From Mytilus edulis (Eukaryota): a stretch of DNA of 64,000 nt. Location of the stretch: positions 26,619,690 through 26,683,689 of the forward strand of contig NC_092353.1 in assembly GCF_963676685.1 (NCBI RefSeq), read 5' to 3'. Position numbers and translations under genes: made by a program. Of the stretch, positions 49,595-62,776 are shown piece by piece. Numbering within the stretch: position 1 is the first letter of the stretch; every line of letters begins with the position of its first letter. The notes under the pieces were generated by a model. The model was not told where the DNA came from. It did no database searches and saw only the letters and a program-made list of their open reading frames with translations.

Positions 49595-51112
49595 GTCAAA
49601 GCGACAACCACCCGACCATAGAGCAAACAACAACCGAAGGCAACCAATGGGTCTTCAATGTAGCGAGAATTCCCGCACCCGTAGGTGTCCTTCAGCTGGC
49701 CCCTAAAATATGCATAATAGTACAGTGATAATGGACGTCATACTAAACTCCGAATTATACACAAGAAACTAAAATTAAAAATCATACAAGACTAACAAAG
49801 GCCAGAGGCTCCTGACTTGGGACAGGCGCAAAATTGCGGCGGGGTTAAACATGTTTATGAGATCTCAACCCTCCCCCTATACCTCTAGCCAATGTAGAAA
49901 AGTAAAAGAATAACAATACGCACATTAAAATTCAGTTCAAGAGAAGTCCGAGTCCGATGTCAAAAGATGTAACAAAAGAAAATAAATAAAATGACAATAA
50001 TACATAAATAACAACAGACTACTAGCAGTTAACTGACATGCCAGCTCCAGACCTCAATTAAACTGATTGAAAGATTATGTCTTCATCATATGAATATCAG
50101 GTACAATCCCTCCCGTTAGGGGTTTAGTATCATACTATCATAAAATATATGAGAAGAACATAACCCGTGTCATGCCAACAACTGTTTTTTAAGAAATAAA
50201 TGTGTTTAGTTCCGATGCAAAGACCCTATCAGTGAATCAATGTTAAAGCCAAAATATGCAATCTTTAATGACCTGACAACAGTATCGTAACTATATCCCC
50301 TTTTAATAAGTCTATTTAAAGGTTTTGTTAGTTTCTGAGGAGAATACTGACATTTTTGTGCTTTATAAAGCATATTTCCATAAAATTTTGGATGTGAAAT
50401 ACCTGAACGTATAAGATGTCTGCATGTTCAGTTATATTTACGAATTATTTCCTTATACCGGTGATAAAATTTAGTAAATGTTTTGACCAGTTTGTGATAT
50501 CGAAAACCCTGGTGTAATAATTTTTCAGTAATACATAAATTTCTCTCGCTAAAATCTAATACATTGTTACATACACGAGCGAATCGTACAAGTTGAGATA
50601 TATAAACACCATAAGATGGTGACAAGGGAACGTCACCATCTAAAAATGGATAATTAACAATAGGAAATGAAAAATCATCTCTTTTATCATAAATTTTTGT
50701 ATTAAGCTTCCCGTTTATGATATAGATATCAAGATCGAGGAAAGGGCAGTGGTCATTGTTATCATTAGCTTTATTTAAAGTAAGTTCTACAGGATAAATT
50801 TCTTTAGTATACATACTGAAGTCGTCATTATTTAGAGCCAATATATATTGGTTTACCCCGCCGCATTTAAGTTGCGCCTGTCCCATGTCAGGAGACTCTT
50901 GCCTTTGTTAATCTTGTATGATTTTTAATTTAAGTTCATTTATATCTTTCGGAGTTTAGTATGACGTTCATTATTACTGAACAAGAACACATTTTTGTTT
51001 AGGGGCCAACTGTAGCACACCTCTGAGTGCGGGATTTTCTCGCTGTATCGAAGACCCATTAGTGGCCTTCGGCTGTTTTCTGCTCATTGGTCGGGTTGTT
51101 GTCTCTTTGACA
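49595..51112. mobile_element. Element of ~1.5 kb with ~250-bp terminal inverted repeats enclosing a 152-aa ORF (candidate non-autonomous or foldback-type DNA element, or two inverted repeat copies)
   Basis: 49595-49845 is about 85% identical to the reverse complement of 50858-51112. The shared stretch runs from 'gtcaaag.gacaac.acccgaccaa...ccgaaggc.ac.aatgggtcttc' to 'ctcctgac.tgggacaggcgcaa...tgcggcgggg'. The same ~140-bp head also occurs alone at 47690-47830. Confidence 0.55.
50428..50886 (-). CDS. 152-aa ORF of unknown family inside the long-TIR element (...FLDLDIYIINGKLNTKIYDKRDDFSFPIVNYPFLDGDVPLSPSYGVYISQLVRFARVCNNVLDFSERN...)
   Basis: It is the longest stop-free stretch in the 45-52 kb interval. 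It has non-repetitive amino-acid composition and lies exactly between the inverted repeats. I cannot assign a domain from memory. Confidence 0.35.
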   Translation of the reverse strand: MGQAQLKCGGVNQYILALNNDDFSMYTKEIYPVELTLNKANDNNDHCPFLDLDIYIINGKLNTKIYDKRDDFSFPIVNYPFLDGDVPLSPSYGVYISQLVRFARVCNNVLDFSERNLCITEKLLHQGFRYHKLVKTFTKFYHRYKEIIRKYN

Positions 51113-52145
51113 CATTCCTTATTTCAATTTTCAATTTTATATATAGATAAAAATGAGATTACGTTATCTTGAAATGAAATCATTTGTATTTGACAGCAAT
51201 GTTAGTGTGCCCATGACTAAGCGGACTAGCCAGGGTTATGGAAATGTGTGCCCCTAATGTTAAAGGTGTACTTCAGAATGTTTAGTCTGTTGAATGGGGC
51301 ATTTTTTATTATTTGGTTTGTTAGGGACCATTCATGGATATGTAGTTCAAAAACCAAAGGTTAGCCTTAATGCAGATTTGCACCTGTTTGAAGTTCTTTC
51401 TATAGACTGAGAAAAAACTGTTTTCAAATTTAATAGAAAAATATATCACATAATTTAATAAAATATTTTTACATTTATTACCAATAAAAAACACGCCCGT
51501 ATACGGATACAGGGAGGGGACTGAAGGGCCCGGGCGCCCCTTATGTGGGAACAATTGGGTTGATTATATAGGGAATCACTGAAGCATGACTGGAGTGCCC
51601 ACTTTTAGGTCAGTCATTGCCCCCCTCATAAACACAACAACAGGATTATGCACCGTAGTGATACTTTAATATATTTTTTGAATCTGTCATCTGTTTTTTG
51701 CGGAAACATCTACATTTCTATTGGAAGCCTGAAATGAAAATAGGGTGGACATTTAATTACGAAGTTAAAATTCCTGACAACAATAGTTATTCTTATGTCA
51801 AACATATATTAATGATAATGATGATAATTAACATGCATTGATAATTGTCCATACGACATTACCATTTCAATTTACCACAACTATGGATCTCAACAACGAC
51901 GACGGTTGTAGAATAGCACATGTCTTGCTTCGTGTGCGACTTTCATCAATGCTCGAGAAAAAAAGAAATAAAGTAATAAGTGGGGTTATTGGTCATTTTG
52001 AAGTACTTCTTGTCATATATTTTTTTATTCTATTTTGGATGTATTTACCAACGAGATTTGATGTAAAAAGAAGGAACACTGAATATGTGTCTAGCAAAAA
52101 AATACAAACTACATGTATAACTTTCAATACTATTATATGTTAGCT

Positions 52146-52393
52146 TTAACCATCTATATAAAACTTACAGAAATTACTTTCACAGACATATGGATATTTG
52201 CTCTGACACTGGGAGTCGTACCAGTAACCATTGCTGTAGTTCATCATCATACAGTTATATGAGTGGGAGTATGCATTACTGGTTGGATAAGGTAGTCCTG
52301 TATAAAAGTTCTTGTAACTTAACTGAGTTTGATCATATATCCATCTCCAGTCACCATTGACCACATCTGTAGACCCCAGCCAGTGATAATTTT
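52146..52393 (-). CDS. C-type lectin exon 4, CTLD C-terminus plus stop
   Basis: (K)NYHWLGSTDVVNGDWRWIYDQTQLSYKNFYTGLPYPTSNAYSHSYNCMMMNYSNGYWYDSQCQSKYPYVCESNFCKFYIDG*. It carries the classic WIGL..., W.W.DG, C..M....G.W.D..C and ...FVCE motifs. It overlaps track ORF 52146..52364. Confidence 0.85.
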
Positions 52394-53132
52394 CTTAAAT
52401 AGGATGAAAGGAAACATAATTATCCTTATCAACAATATTCGTAGACTTTTATGGCTCTCCAATGTTTTTGGTATTTAGCGTACACGAAACAAAAGTATCT
52501 CGCACAGTGTAAACGATATTGTATGCCCCTTAAAAATAGATGGAAAAGCAGATGATAAATTAAAATATTATGAATACACATATATTCCCAATACCTTTAT
52601 GTCAAATTTTGAAAAGAAATAATTTGAATGATTGAAAAACTAAAAAAAATGTTCGCGCTTTGCCCGAGAAAACAAATTTTGACTCAGAAAAAAAAACATA
52701 ACCCCCGTTGAAGTTTAATGGTTGCTTCCTTATTAGAACTAGAATATGCAGTTAATGTTTAGAAATGAAAATATTCCATTGCAATACAATTCTATAATTT
52801 TTCAACTGTTCAGACGGATTATACTTAAAAGTTTAGGGTAAACATAAAAGGAGATAAGGGATCATAGCCGCCGATGAGACAGAAACAAAACTAGGCAAAC
52901 CAACACTAGGCATATAGAGATACAGAAACGGTCTCAAACAATCTATACACGTGTTGATTGATGTCTGTTCTGTTTTAAATCGACTCTACTCATTGATTTC
53001 TGTTCTAAATGTATTTTTCTTTATTACTCTATTGGTTCAAGTTATAAGAAATGCCTATATTTATATTTATTAATACACTTGTTCTACAAAATAAATAAAG
53101 ACCCTTCTATAAACTAGATATGCCCGACTTAC

Positions 53133-53226
53133 TGTTGCTGCTCTTCTTTACTTGCTGGTATATCCAATTGTTTTCTGATGAATCATCAATTTTCGCTAAA
53201 TACCCACCAATCTCTCGGCATTTTCT
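53133..53226 (-). CDS. C-type lectin exon 3
   Basis: RKCREIGGYLAKIDDSSENNWIYQQVKKSSN matches the CTLD core (C...G..LA.I.S..E..F). Acceptor 'ttttgtag|', donor 'a|gtaagt'. Confidence 0.75.
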
Positions 53227-53438
53227 CTACAAAATTAATATGGTTTTACAAATGTGAATTATAAGTTCTGTTATTTTGTACAAAAACAATTCACACATCA
53301 TTTACACGCGAACGAATACAAGCACAACATTAATCCGTAATTAAAAATGGATATAACATATAATACCCAATTTTTCAATGAAATACTTTTTCAAGTTTTT
53401 CTTAAGAAATAATATTGACAGTATAGACGTAAGCTTAC

Positions 53439-53512
53439 CTCTGCATCAGTCCATATAACATTATCATCTCCAATATAATAACAGTGGCTGTTGTACTTTG
53501 TCCATTGTCTCC
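53439..53512 (-). CDS. C-type lectin exon 2, start of the CTLD
   Basis: (R)RQWTKYNSHCYYIGDDNVIWTDAE is a CTLD N-terminal signature (GW..Y...CY.F......W..A). Minus-strand acceptor 'ttcag|', donor 'gag|gtaagc'. Confidence 0.75.
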
Positions 53513-53894
53513 CTGAATGACATTTCAAATTCATATTGATTAGCAGTTTATATGAAAATTATATAAAGAAGTACAGAAAACTGACAAGCATTTTAATGTC
53601 AAATGCTTTTTTTGGTTAAATATCACAAAGTTTTGTTTAATGCTATGTATGCTAACAGACACACTGACACAAATTAATTGAAAATTTGTTATTCATTAAT
53701 TTTGTTGAATTACCTTCTTATTAAAACATTTCTTTTTTAATTTGAACTGTTATTTCAATGTTGTTTTATTTATTTTGAAGATTGTCTAATTTGTCACAGA
53801 CCAAATTTTGATTTATATAGAAATAAAGTATTTGATTATAAATTATTCATTTCTCCTTTGTAGAGAGTTTCAAAGCAGAACAAATAACCCTCAC

Positions 53895-54114
53895 TTTTGA
53901 AATCCTCTTCCATCGATGTTAAATCTGTGTCTAAAGCCTGTACTTTAGAGTTGATAGCACTTGCTTGGCTTTTTAGGAAATCTTCAAGATTTGTTAATGC
54001 TTTTCTGGCTTTGATAAAATCTTCTTTGGATTTGATTGTTAGACACGGTAACGAAAAAACAGTCTCACATACCACACACATCATAAGGAATGTAAACATT
54101 AAGACAGAAGTCAT
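53895..54114 (-). CDS. C-type lectin gene exon 1: signal peptide plus coiled-coil neck
   Basis: MTSVLMFTFLMMCVVCETVFS forms a hydrophobic signal peptide. It is followed by LPCLTIKSKEDFIKARKALTNLEDFLKSQASAINSKVQALDTDLTSMEEDFK and a donor '|gtgagg'. An alternative in-frame ATG lies at 54141. Confidence 0.7.
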
Positions 54115-54903
54115 TCTGTAAAAAAGTAAAGAATGGTGCATTCTGTATGAAGAATGAACTAAGAAGCAATCAAAACATAAACACAGAGAAACAGTAATAA
54201 CATCCTTAAAAAGTCAAACTCATAAATAATAAAACAATGCTCTTTTTTTTTGCTTATTTTCACAAAAAAAGTGTGCTTCTTACTTGCTAAATAAGTAAAT
54301 GCAACAAGACAAGAAGGGTAAAACAATGTTATCAAATTTAAGTCAACAGCATAAAGATAGCATTATAATAATGAACATTTATGTGTATGCCCCGCCGTAG
54401 GGGTCATTTAGTGTTACTCTTGACCGTCCGTACGTACAACTTACATTCATTGCAAAGCTTGTGCAGGGGAATTCGTGTTTTCAATTACACATTCTTTTTT
54501 TTTGTATACAAAATTTTAGAGAAATGATACTCCTGGTCTTTATACTGTACCAGTAATCAATATCACCAACAAAATTCAGTCGGTCTGTTTATTTTTAAAA
54601 AATCTTGAAAATTTCTGATACAAAAATTATCATTGCTAGTTAAATCAAAATACATTTCTTTATGATTGAGTAAAGTTAATTGAACAAATTACATTACCAG
54701 GTTAAGAGTAAATACAGAGATACTGCACAGTAAAACAGACCATAACAACCATAAACACTCAACTCCTCAGAAAAAAGGTAAATCAAAGGAAAACAGCGTG
54801 AGGATTTTTTGTCTTGATACAAGAAATAAATGTGTGTGTATGGGGGGAGGGGGTGGGTTAAAATAATTGTATGTTCTCTATGTAAATTGAACTATGCGTT
54901 ACA

Positions 54904-55113
54904 TCAAAAGGGAACATGTCGTAAAGAATAAGCACAAAGTTGGTTCCCATGAGAATGTAGATTGTTTGTTGAAAAACACGTCCTCCAAGCATAACAAATT
55001 TTGTCAATTAAGAAATCAAGCATCTTTATCATGTCGGTTTCCGATTTATTTTTGTTACCAAACTTAGCATCGGAAATAAACCACTTTTTATTTTTAAACT
55101 GAAAGTTATCCAA
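54904..55113 (-). pseudogene. Possible second non-LTR RT-like fragment
   Basis: ...NKKWFISDAKFGNKNKSETDMIKMLDFLIDKICYAWRTCF resembles the RT 'FLG..ID..L.W' region. Its order relative to the 55970-56235 fragment is inconsistent with a single intact copy. Confidence 0.3.
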
Positions 55114-55969
55114 GTAATGATATCTTAGTAAACTATAAAATCATCAACTCATGTCATTAAAAAAAATATATATAAATGTTTTAATTTTAATTTTATCTAT
55201 ATAGAAAGAAAAACAACTGAACGAAAACAAATAAAAAGCTGTCATACAATTTAAAAACAAACCTGCAAATATTTCGGCGCCACTTTCTGTTTAGTTAATA
55301 AAAACTTTCTGAATATGTTATCAAATATATTCGAATGTATTTATATACAAATGAGACAGTTTTTTAAAGGTTTTTCCCGTTCCTAGGGAAATTCACAATC
55401 ATGAATTGTCGACAAACGATTCGATGTTTCATACCGTAATCAAGTATTTCAACTTTTCCTACCGCAATGAGATCTTTCCACTTCAAAATAGCGATGTCAC
55501 AGTCTACGCCAATTTCCATTCCTTCCAGAATCCAGCCTTTTAGGAGCCATCCCACATCTTAATTTTACAAAGGTGGACTTTCACCAAAAAGGCATCAACA
55601 GTTTGCAGTAGTTTTCAACAACGTACGTAATCCTGCTTAACAATATTATATGTTCTCAACTTGTTACGCCCATTTGCCCGTGTTGAAAAGGATGAATAAA
55701 CGATGCTTTTCCATTTATCAATATATTTATCAAACATTCTTTACAAGAATGTTTCAACAAATATATTTTTGATTAATATTAGTGTTTGTATTACAAAGTC
55801 AACCAGTTCAAGTTCCGTGAACTGTTTTTTTAACCATGATATTCCATTTTTTTAAAACAATTTTATGTTTCTGACTGACCTAATCTGTCCATATAAATAT
55901 TTTGTGCTAATATGATCGGCTCCGTATTTACTATTCTATGCCAGTGTCTTGCAATTTCTTTTCATTGTG

Positions 55970-56235
55970 TATTGTAAATTGGAACCCAACCCATGTATCC
56001 CATGACAGCTAGGTTTGGTGTGTATTTACCATCACCAAGGAGGAATCTACAAGCTCTCATCTGAATGGCATTTATAAATGAAAAATTCTTGCACCCCCAA
56101 ATCGTGTCACCATATTCATCAATAGGACTCACAAGTGAATCAAATAGTTGTTTATAGACGTCATATGAAATGCCTTCATTATCTTTACATCTAAAGGTCT
56201 GTTTGCTGACCTAGTAAACATAAGTTCCATTCAAT
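55970..56235 (-). pseudogene. Non-LTR retrotransposon reverse-transcriptase fragment, C-terminal thumb region
   Basis: Minus-strand translation DNEGISYDVYKQLFDSLVSPIDEYGDTIWGCKNFSFINAIQMRACRFLLGDGKYTPNLAVMGYMGWVPIYNTQ* matches the conserved L..S.V.P...YG...W......L...Q.RA.R.I.G......T.N.A..GE.GW.P pattern of CR1/L2/RTE-type RTs. It is truncated upstream. Confidence 0.6.
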
Positions 56236-58863
56236 TTCTGAATTATTGATCTTTTTGTATAACTATCCTGAAGCGACGGAGTCGAATTTATATATATAAA
56301 AAAAAATGATTTCATTATATGTATATCTCAATTATGAATCATTTATGTATTTTTCGATTATGTTTTGGCAAGCTTTCTTTTAAAAGGCATACATTATAGA
56401 TATCATTATACCAGTCGGTTTAAATCAGCGATACATATGTTGCTGCTTCTCCACTAAACATAAGATTGAGACTGCATGGTTGACTTGGAGCCAAACTAAT
56501 GTGTCCGAGTAGTGCGATATGTCGTTTTGCGGACTGTTTCCTCACACATTACAAATCCGGCTCTGTATGTTTGTCTCGTACAACTTTGATTTATTTTCAT
56601 ATCGATCTTCCTGAATATACATTTACATGTGTTAACATGAACAGTAACAATTTTACTGCACCAGATACGCATTTCGACAATAAATGTATTTTCAGTGATG
56701 CTCGTTGCCAAAATATTTGAAAATCCAAAACTTTATTTGAAGAGCTGTTAAAACCAAAAAGGACAAACAATATAACCAGAGAAGATTGGCAAATTAGACT
56801 ATGGTAGTTAAAAGTCACCATTGCCATCATTTTCACGACGAGACTACTATGTTAAATCGATTTGAAAAGTAGCTCTTCATATTTCGTGTCTGGGCCTTTT
56901 AAAGATTAAGATATATGTCGGTATTAATAGTTTTTTCATCGCTGAAAGCCGTACTGGGAACTATATTTTTTTGTCATTTGAACTCTGGTCGATAGGAATA
57001 GCTGTCTTGACAATGATACCACTTCTTTTCTTCCTCATCCTCCACCTCATATTCCTTCTTCCTCTTCCACCTCATCATCATCATCATTTTAATGATGGAT
57101 AATTCGAATATCGTTAAGTGTTGATCACGGTTACAGTGACACGTAATCACTCCAGGAAGGTATATCAACACGCATCACCGATGGTAAGTCATTTTCATTA
57201 ACTTTCTGAGATAGGTTATAAATCTGAAACTATACATCTATCCTTACTTGAAAACTCTACATTCTGAATATTACCAGACTAACACATTTGCTTGTGTAGC
57301 AGTGTTATTCTAGCTTTTAATATTGATTTACTAAAATTACTTTAAATTGCGTTTTACGGTTATAAAAAAAAAGAGTGCCGCAAAAGGTAAACTTTCATAT
57401 GATCTACTGAAAACTTAGTTACGTTTACCAAACACCATTTTCAAAAAAAGTTGGTAAAACGATGTGGGTGTAGTAGTATATATTTTCTTTTCTGTTCCCA
57501 AAAATCATTCGTTTGTTTGATCCAATACTTTATCATGTTTGTCAATGTAGATGTCTTGTCTCTTTGCTGTGCCGTATATAAATTGTCCTCCTGGTGTTGA
57601 TTTTTGTTTCCTCACGTACCAAAATCTTTAGGGTATTTTCAACTTGTCATTCATGAAAATGTTGAATCAAATTCCCTTTCACACGATAGTAAGCTACTAG
57701 GAAGAAGATGCTGCATATATATTAGTTAATGGATCTTTTCCTGTAATCTAAAGAACTTCCGTTCTACTTATAGATAACGATTATAATATAAGTGACACGA
57801 GGTACTCTATACGTAACTTATATTTTCTCAATGAAAACATTTGTACAGAAAATTTAAACTTTGACAAATTCATCATTTGATGAAAAAAAAAAAGTATATG
57901 GGATATCCATCCGTCCACGACACAATTAAAGTCCATTCATAGAAGAAAAAACCGACAACACAAAAGCAAAGGAACAGCGCTTCCATTGCTGATTTTCATC
58001 TCAAAATCACAGTGTGGGCTTCATACATAGGAACCCTCCCCCCCAAAAAAAAATATAAAATAAATAAAAATAAATATGGAGACCAAGCTCACTGCAAGTC
58101 TTCTTTTTTTTGGGTCTAATTTCAAATCAAAGTTATACAACAAATAAACAGACCAATAACACAGGATGTTTAAATACAGCAAAACCTAAAATTGAAGTGA
58201 TTAATTTGGTTATAGAAAACACAATAAAGCTTACTGCTGGGTTGAACATATCCCCGGGGACGAAACGACCACCAGCAATGGCATATAATCTTTGATTTTA
58301 CAAACACGTCAAAAAGACCTGGTTTATCATTTGGTACATCAGACGCACGGTTCGTTTATATTTATATAAGTAGTCATCATTGGCACTCGAAAGAATACAG
58401 TTTGAAGACCAACAAAACATCATTATTTAATATTGTTGAAGATAATGATACAAGGAATATTACCAATGTACGTGTCCCTAAAGATAAGTTCTTTTTCTTA
58501 AATATTTTGTGTACAAACTCTCATACCGTATTTATAGTTAAATTTTCAGTATATAATTTCGGAAAATGTACAAAAAGTCTATAAAGGTAAATTAAGTCTT
58601 TTTTTTTTCGGCCTTTTTGTAATTTGTCGAAAAACTTCTAGAATTCTGCAAATATCTGACATGCACATATATAGCGATATAAAAAAAAGTTCATTGAACT
58701 TTAATAAATATATATTTATTACACGAATATGTACTTTAAAGCTTTTAAAGAACATGTTTTTTTTTCTTAAAAACAAAATAACATGCTAATGATTATTTGT
58801 AAGAAGGTAGCCAACATATGTTATTGATATACTAGTACATTTGTTTTTAGAAATTTAATTAAA

Positions 58864-58996
58864 ATGGAGTCCAAGAAAAAGACTAATACTAAAAACCCTT
58901 GGATGATATTACCAGCTTGGGAAACCTACTTCTACATAAGTGTACATATATCTGTTGTGACATACATTACATACTGTGTGTATATGGCATCAAACA
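58864..58996 (+). CDS. HHAT: HHAT-like (hedgehog acyltransferase, MBOAT family) exon 1
   Basis: MESKKKTNTKNPWMILPAWETYFYISVHISVVTYITYCVYMASN, donor 'a|gtaagt'. It corresponds to human HHAT MLPRWELALYLLASLGFHFYSFYEVYKVS... (from memory). Assignment rests mainly on the downstream exons. Confidence 0.55.
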
Positions 58997-60222
58997 GTAA
59001 GTAAAGACTAGTTCGAAATATTGCTCGTGTGGTATGTTGTTTTTTGTCCTTTTGTCATTTTTCGGTCTGTTTCGATTGTTATGTTGGTCTCTCTTTCAGC
59101 TTTGATTGTCTCTTTCTCTATCGGCCAGTGTACTCTCGAGGGAATGTAGCGATGTATTATATATAGTGAGTCGGAATATAACGACTGGATTAGTCCGGTT
59201 ACTTTCTCATCTTCTGTTTGATGCAGTATGGATGCCGTCCGCGTCTATGTGGTTTTTTTAGTAATTGTGAAGTTTCAATGTAATAAGATCAAAGACTATA
59301 TATCAGTATTATATTCTAACACTATTGGCTATTTCATGGAGGTTGATTTTTAATGGTGTAGGAAGTCGGAAAGAGCAACCAGCCTTCGGCAAAACTGACA
59401 ATTTCAGTCAGTTAAGATTTGCGTCTAGCGCACCTGCCACATGCGGGATTTGAACTCGTAACCTCAGTGTTGACAGGATAGTGGTACAATAGTTAGACTT
59501 CTTAGACAACTCGGACAAGGAGGCCCTTCTAAAAACTGTATATGAACTTAACAAATGTTAACAGTTGCCCCTTAATGTGATTGATTCATTATATTTAATT
59601 TTAGTTTGCTTGTACTATTTGTTCATTATTTTAATAAATCGTTTAAGCTGTATATGTAATTCGATACAATCATTTTCATGTAAATATTGTATCTAACTAA
59701 AAAAAATGTGTAACATGCATTTAAATTTTTTAAGATTTTCATTCTTCAAGTCAATACTGTTGCAAATTGCATGTATTTAAATCATTAAGATCCAAACGAC
59801 AGGTTACTAAGGAAACAAATCAAAAGTAAGGAGAAAGCTTTTGGAACAAACAAAAAAAAAAAACGTCTACAAAAAAACCAAAACCCATTTCAATGAAAGC
59901 TTTAGGCTACACGTTATAACATAACTTTAAATCCGGGTGTGATATAAGATGCTCCAAAAGGGTGGTCATACAAAACAATTGAATTATGGGGGTTGAATAG
60001 CAACGATACGTCTATTAAACGATAAAAAATCAAAAGGAGGCAGAATCCGAAAGTTTGACGATAGACAGGCGTCCATACCGAGTATAAACAACGTACATGT
60101 GTATAAATAGTTGAATAAAAACAACCAAATATCAGCCATCAACTCAAACGATTCGTTCACTTACTTGATTATGAATGTTATTTGAAAACAAATGTTTGAC
60201 TTACATTTTATCCCATTTTAAG

Positions 60223-60287
60223 AGTATGGTGCCTTTTTCGGTGGGATTGACTTTCAATCTGGATGGGCTTTCATTAAGAGAGGCAAG
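60223..60287 (+). CDS. HHAT: HHAT-like exon 2
   Basis: (K)YGAFFGGIDFQSGWAFIKRGK resembles human ETDTLFGGLKKDATDFEW. Acceptor 'ttttaag|', donor 'aag|gtatgt'. It restores the reading frame between exons 1 and 3. Confidence 0.5.
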
Positions 60288-61390
60288 GTATGTTTGCTCT
60301 TTATTATCATTTTTGCTTCATTTTTTTATATCTACAAATGTATTTCGATGGACACAGAACATTGATAAATTTTATCTTTTACTCTCTTGTAACTTTTCTT
60401 CTGGCAATATGTTTCCGCCCTTGATACCGATCGTTGTAGGTCTATATATAAGATTTATTGTTTTTTTGTTTCCTTCTTGAATGTGCATGGGAAATATGCC
60501 ACAGGACATTTAGCAAGAAAAGCCAGAACAATCAGGCACTCAATCAATCAAGTACCATGAAGTCAGTGTTAGTATTTTTTTTTTAAATACCTGTGAAAAT
60601 AAGAAACTATAAATCAGACAATCAAACAACATCCGTCAAAGAAGAACCAACAATACTATGACTACAGAAAAAGAACACACAAAAGTCTTAAAAATATTAC
60701 ACGAAAAACTAAAAATTGAGCAAAACAATCATCCAAACCGGATAACGAGAAGCTTGGATACCAAGATAAAGCAGTTCCTGTTCCAATGGCGACTGTCGTG
60801 TTGCTAGCATGATATGTAAAAAGTAAATACTAAGCTGTACCAAGTAACAAGAAATTACCACTGAAAAGAGCAAACATTTTGACATCGACAATCGATGCAT
60901 AGCCATTTGTGATACAGTTACTCAGTAAAAGTCAACAAAGGCATGATTGCGAGCGTAATTATTTTCGACGAAATTACTTCCAATTTCGTAAGTCATTTAC
61001 CAATATATATTCTCACAAGAAATAAGACTTTAAAAAAAACTATATGTTTTACATTAGACAATATATGACATAAACCAATTACCACTTCTATCATGTCTAT
61101 TTATATTATCTTAACCTACACACTCAAATCAATGGGCTGTAAGTCAGATCTGTTTACCAAAAACTTTTTAAGGCTTAAAACCAAAATTCAGGTGCAGAAT
61201 GAAGGCAAATGTTAAGATTTCTAAATAAAAACATTTTAACTTAACAATTATAGCTTAACATTACGGAACAATCGATAAAAAATGAACGACCTTATCAGAT
61301 GCATGAAAATTGGTTGGTACGAGAATGGTCTATGCTGTAGTTATGACTGTACATATATCAAATAGTTTCATATGAATACCTATATTTCAG

Positions 61391-61501
61391 GATAATTCTG
61401 ATTTTGAGTGGCATTTTTTCTACAACCTATTTTGGAGTATCTATCCATCATTCTTTGCTTACATAGCCCTGGACTGGGTAGCATCACGTCATATGTCGTT
61501 T
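61391..61501 (+). CDS. HHAT: HHAT-like exon 3
   Basis: DNSDFEWHFFYNLFWSIYPSFFAYIALDWVASRHMSF resembles human KDATDFEWSFWMEWGKQWLVWLLLGHMVVSQMATL. Acceptor 'atttcag|', donor 'ttt|gtaagt'. Confidence 0.65.
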
Positions 61502-62776
61502 GTAAGTACGTATATACTTATTTGGCTTTATAACTATTTTGAGCTGAGCGTCACTAATGAAGACTAAACGCGCGTCTGGCGTGTTAAATTATAAGCCTCG
61601 TACCTTTGATAACTAATTAGAATATATTATTCCTGTGCTTAAAGCTATTATCATAATGCTAACAAGTTTAAGGTTTGGTTGGCTGTATAAATGTAATTAA
61701 GATTGACATTTGCAACCACTAGATAGGCGGGGATTCAACTTGTATACATTGCTTAACTTCCAAAAACATTTATAAGTATAATGTATACAAGCTGAAGCCC
61801 CTATGTATTGACCGCAGATGTCAATCTTAATAACAATTCTTGAGCAAATATCTATACAAAAAAGCAGGCAAATCAACCAAACTTTTAATTTACTGGCATA
61901 AGGATAACAACTTTAATATTGTAATAATCGCCCGCTATGAATATAAACAGTTGGAAATGTTCATTTTACATTCACAGCAGTAGTTTCATAATCAGAATGC
62001 AATATATAAGACTAGGGGCTTTCGTAAAATAAAGCATATAAGACTAGGGGCTTTCGTAAAATAAAGCATATAAGACTAGGGGCTTTCGTAAAATAAAGCA
62101 AAACTAATTTGAACGGTAGTTTTTTTATTATCAGTTAATCAAAATGTTCTTTGACATTCACAATTATATGCGTTTTATGAGAACATCTGTTTGATGCACC
62201 TGTCCCAAGTCAGGAAACTGTTGTTTAGTGGTGTCTCTTGGTGTGGTTCATATGTGTTTATCTTTTTGTTTAATATAGATTAGAATGTTTGTTTTCATGT
62301 TTGAGTTGTTTAATTGGTAACTTTTTATACATTGTGACTAAGGTGGAGAGTTGTCTCATTTGCACTCACACCACATCTTCTTATCTATATTTACAGTTAA
62401 ACTCAACCAAAGTAACAAGATAGTCTACGGAATCGGATGCTACTTGTGAAATTTATTTGCTGCTGTTGAGCAGGATATGCGTAACCTTAATACGGTGCAC
62501 CAGACATCATCACCAGTTTTAGGACGGATCGTGTTGCTCACCTGTTAGTTTTCATGTTGTGTTTTGTGTACTGCTGTTTGTCAGTTTGTCTGTTTGCCAG
62601 TTTATTTTCGTCTGATGAGTTTGAATTGGTATCTTTCGCCTCTATTTTCTTACTCTCCTTTGTTTTGTGTACCTTTTAAATTTAAGCAATGTATTTAACT
62701 CATTGTCCTTTGAAAGAGAACATTTTGCTAAGGTTATTGACAATACTACTATTACTACTCTATTTAACATTGACAG

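Noticed and set aside
55364-55555. 63-aa minus-strand ORF (also 56496..56836 ORFs)
   Set aside because: No recognisable motifs and it lies adjacent to the RT fragments. It is likely degraded TE or random sequence.
59380-59500. tRNA-like sequence ('gagttcaaatcccgcatgtggcag')
   Set aside because: I could not fold a convincing acceptor or T-arm. Related 'aacctcagtgttgacaag' sequence at 40560-40620 suggests a tRNA-derived SINE remnant rather than a functional tRNA.
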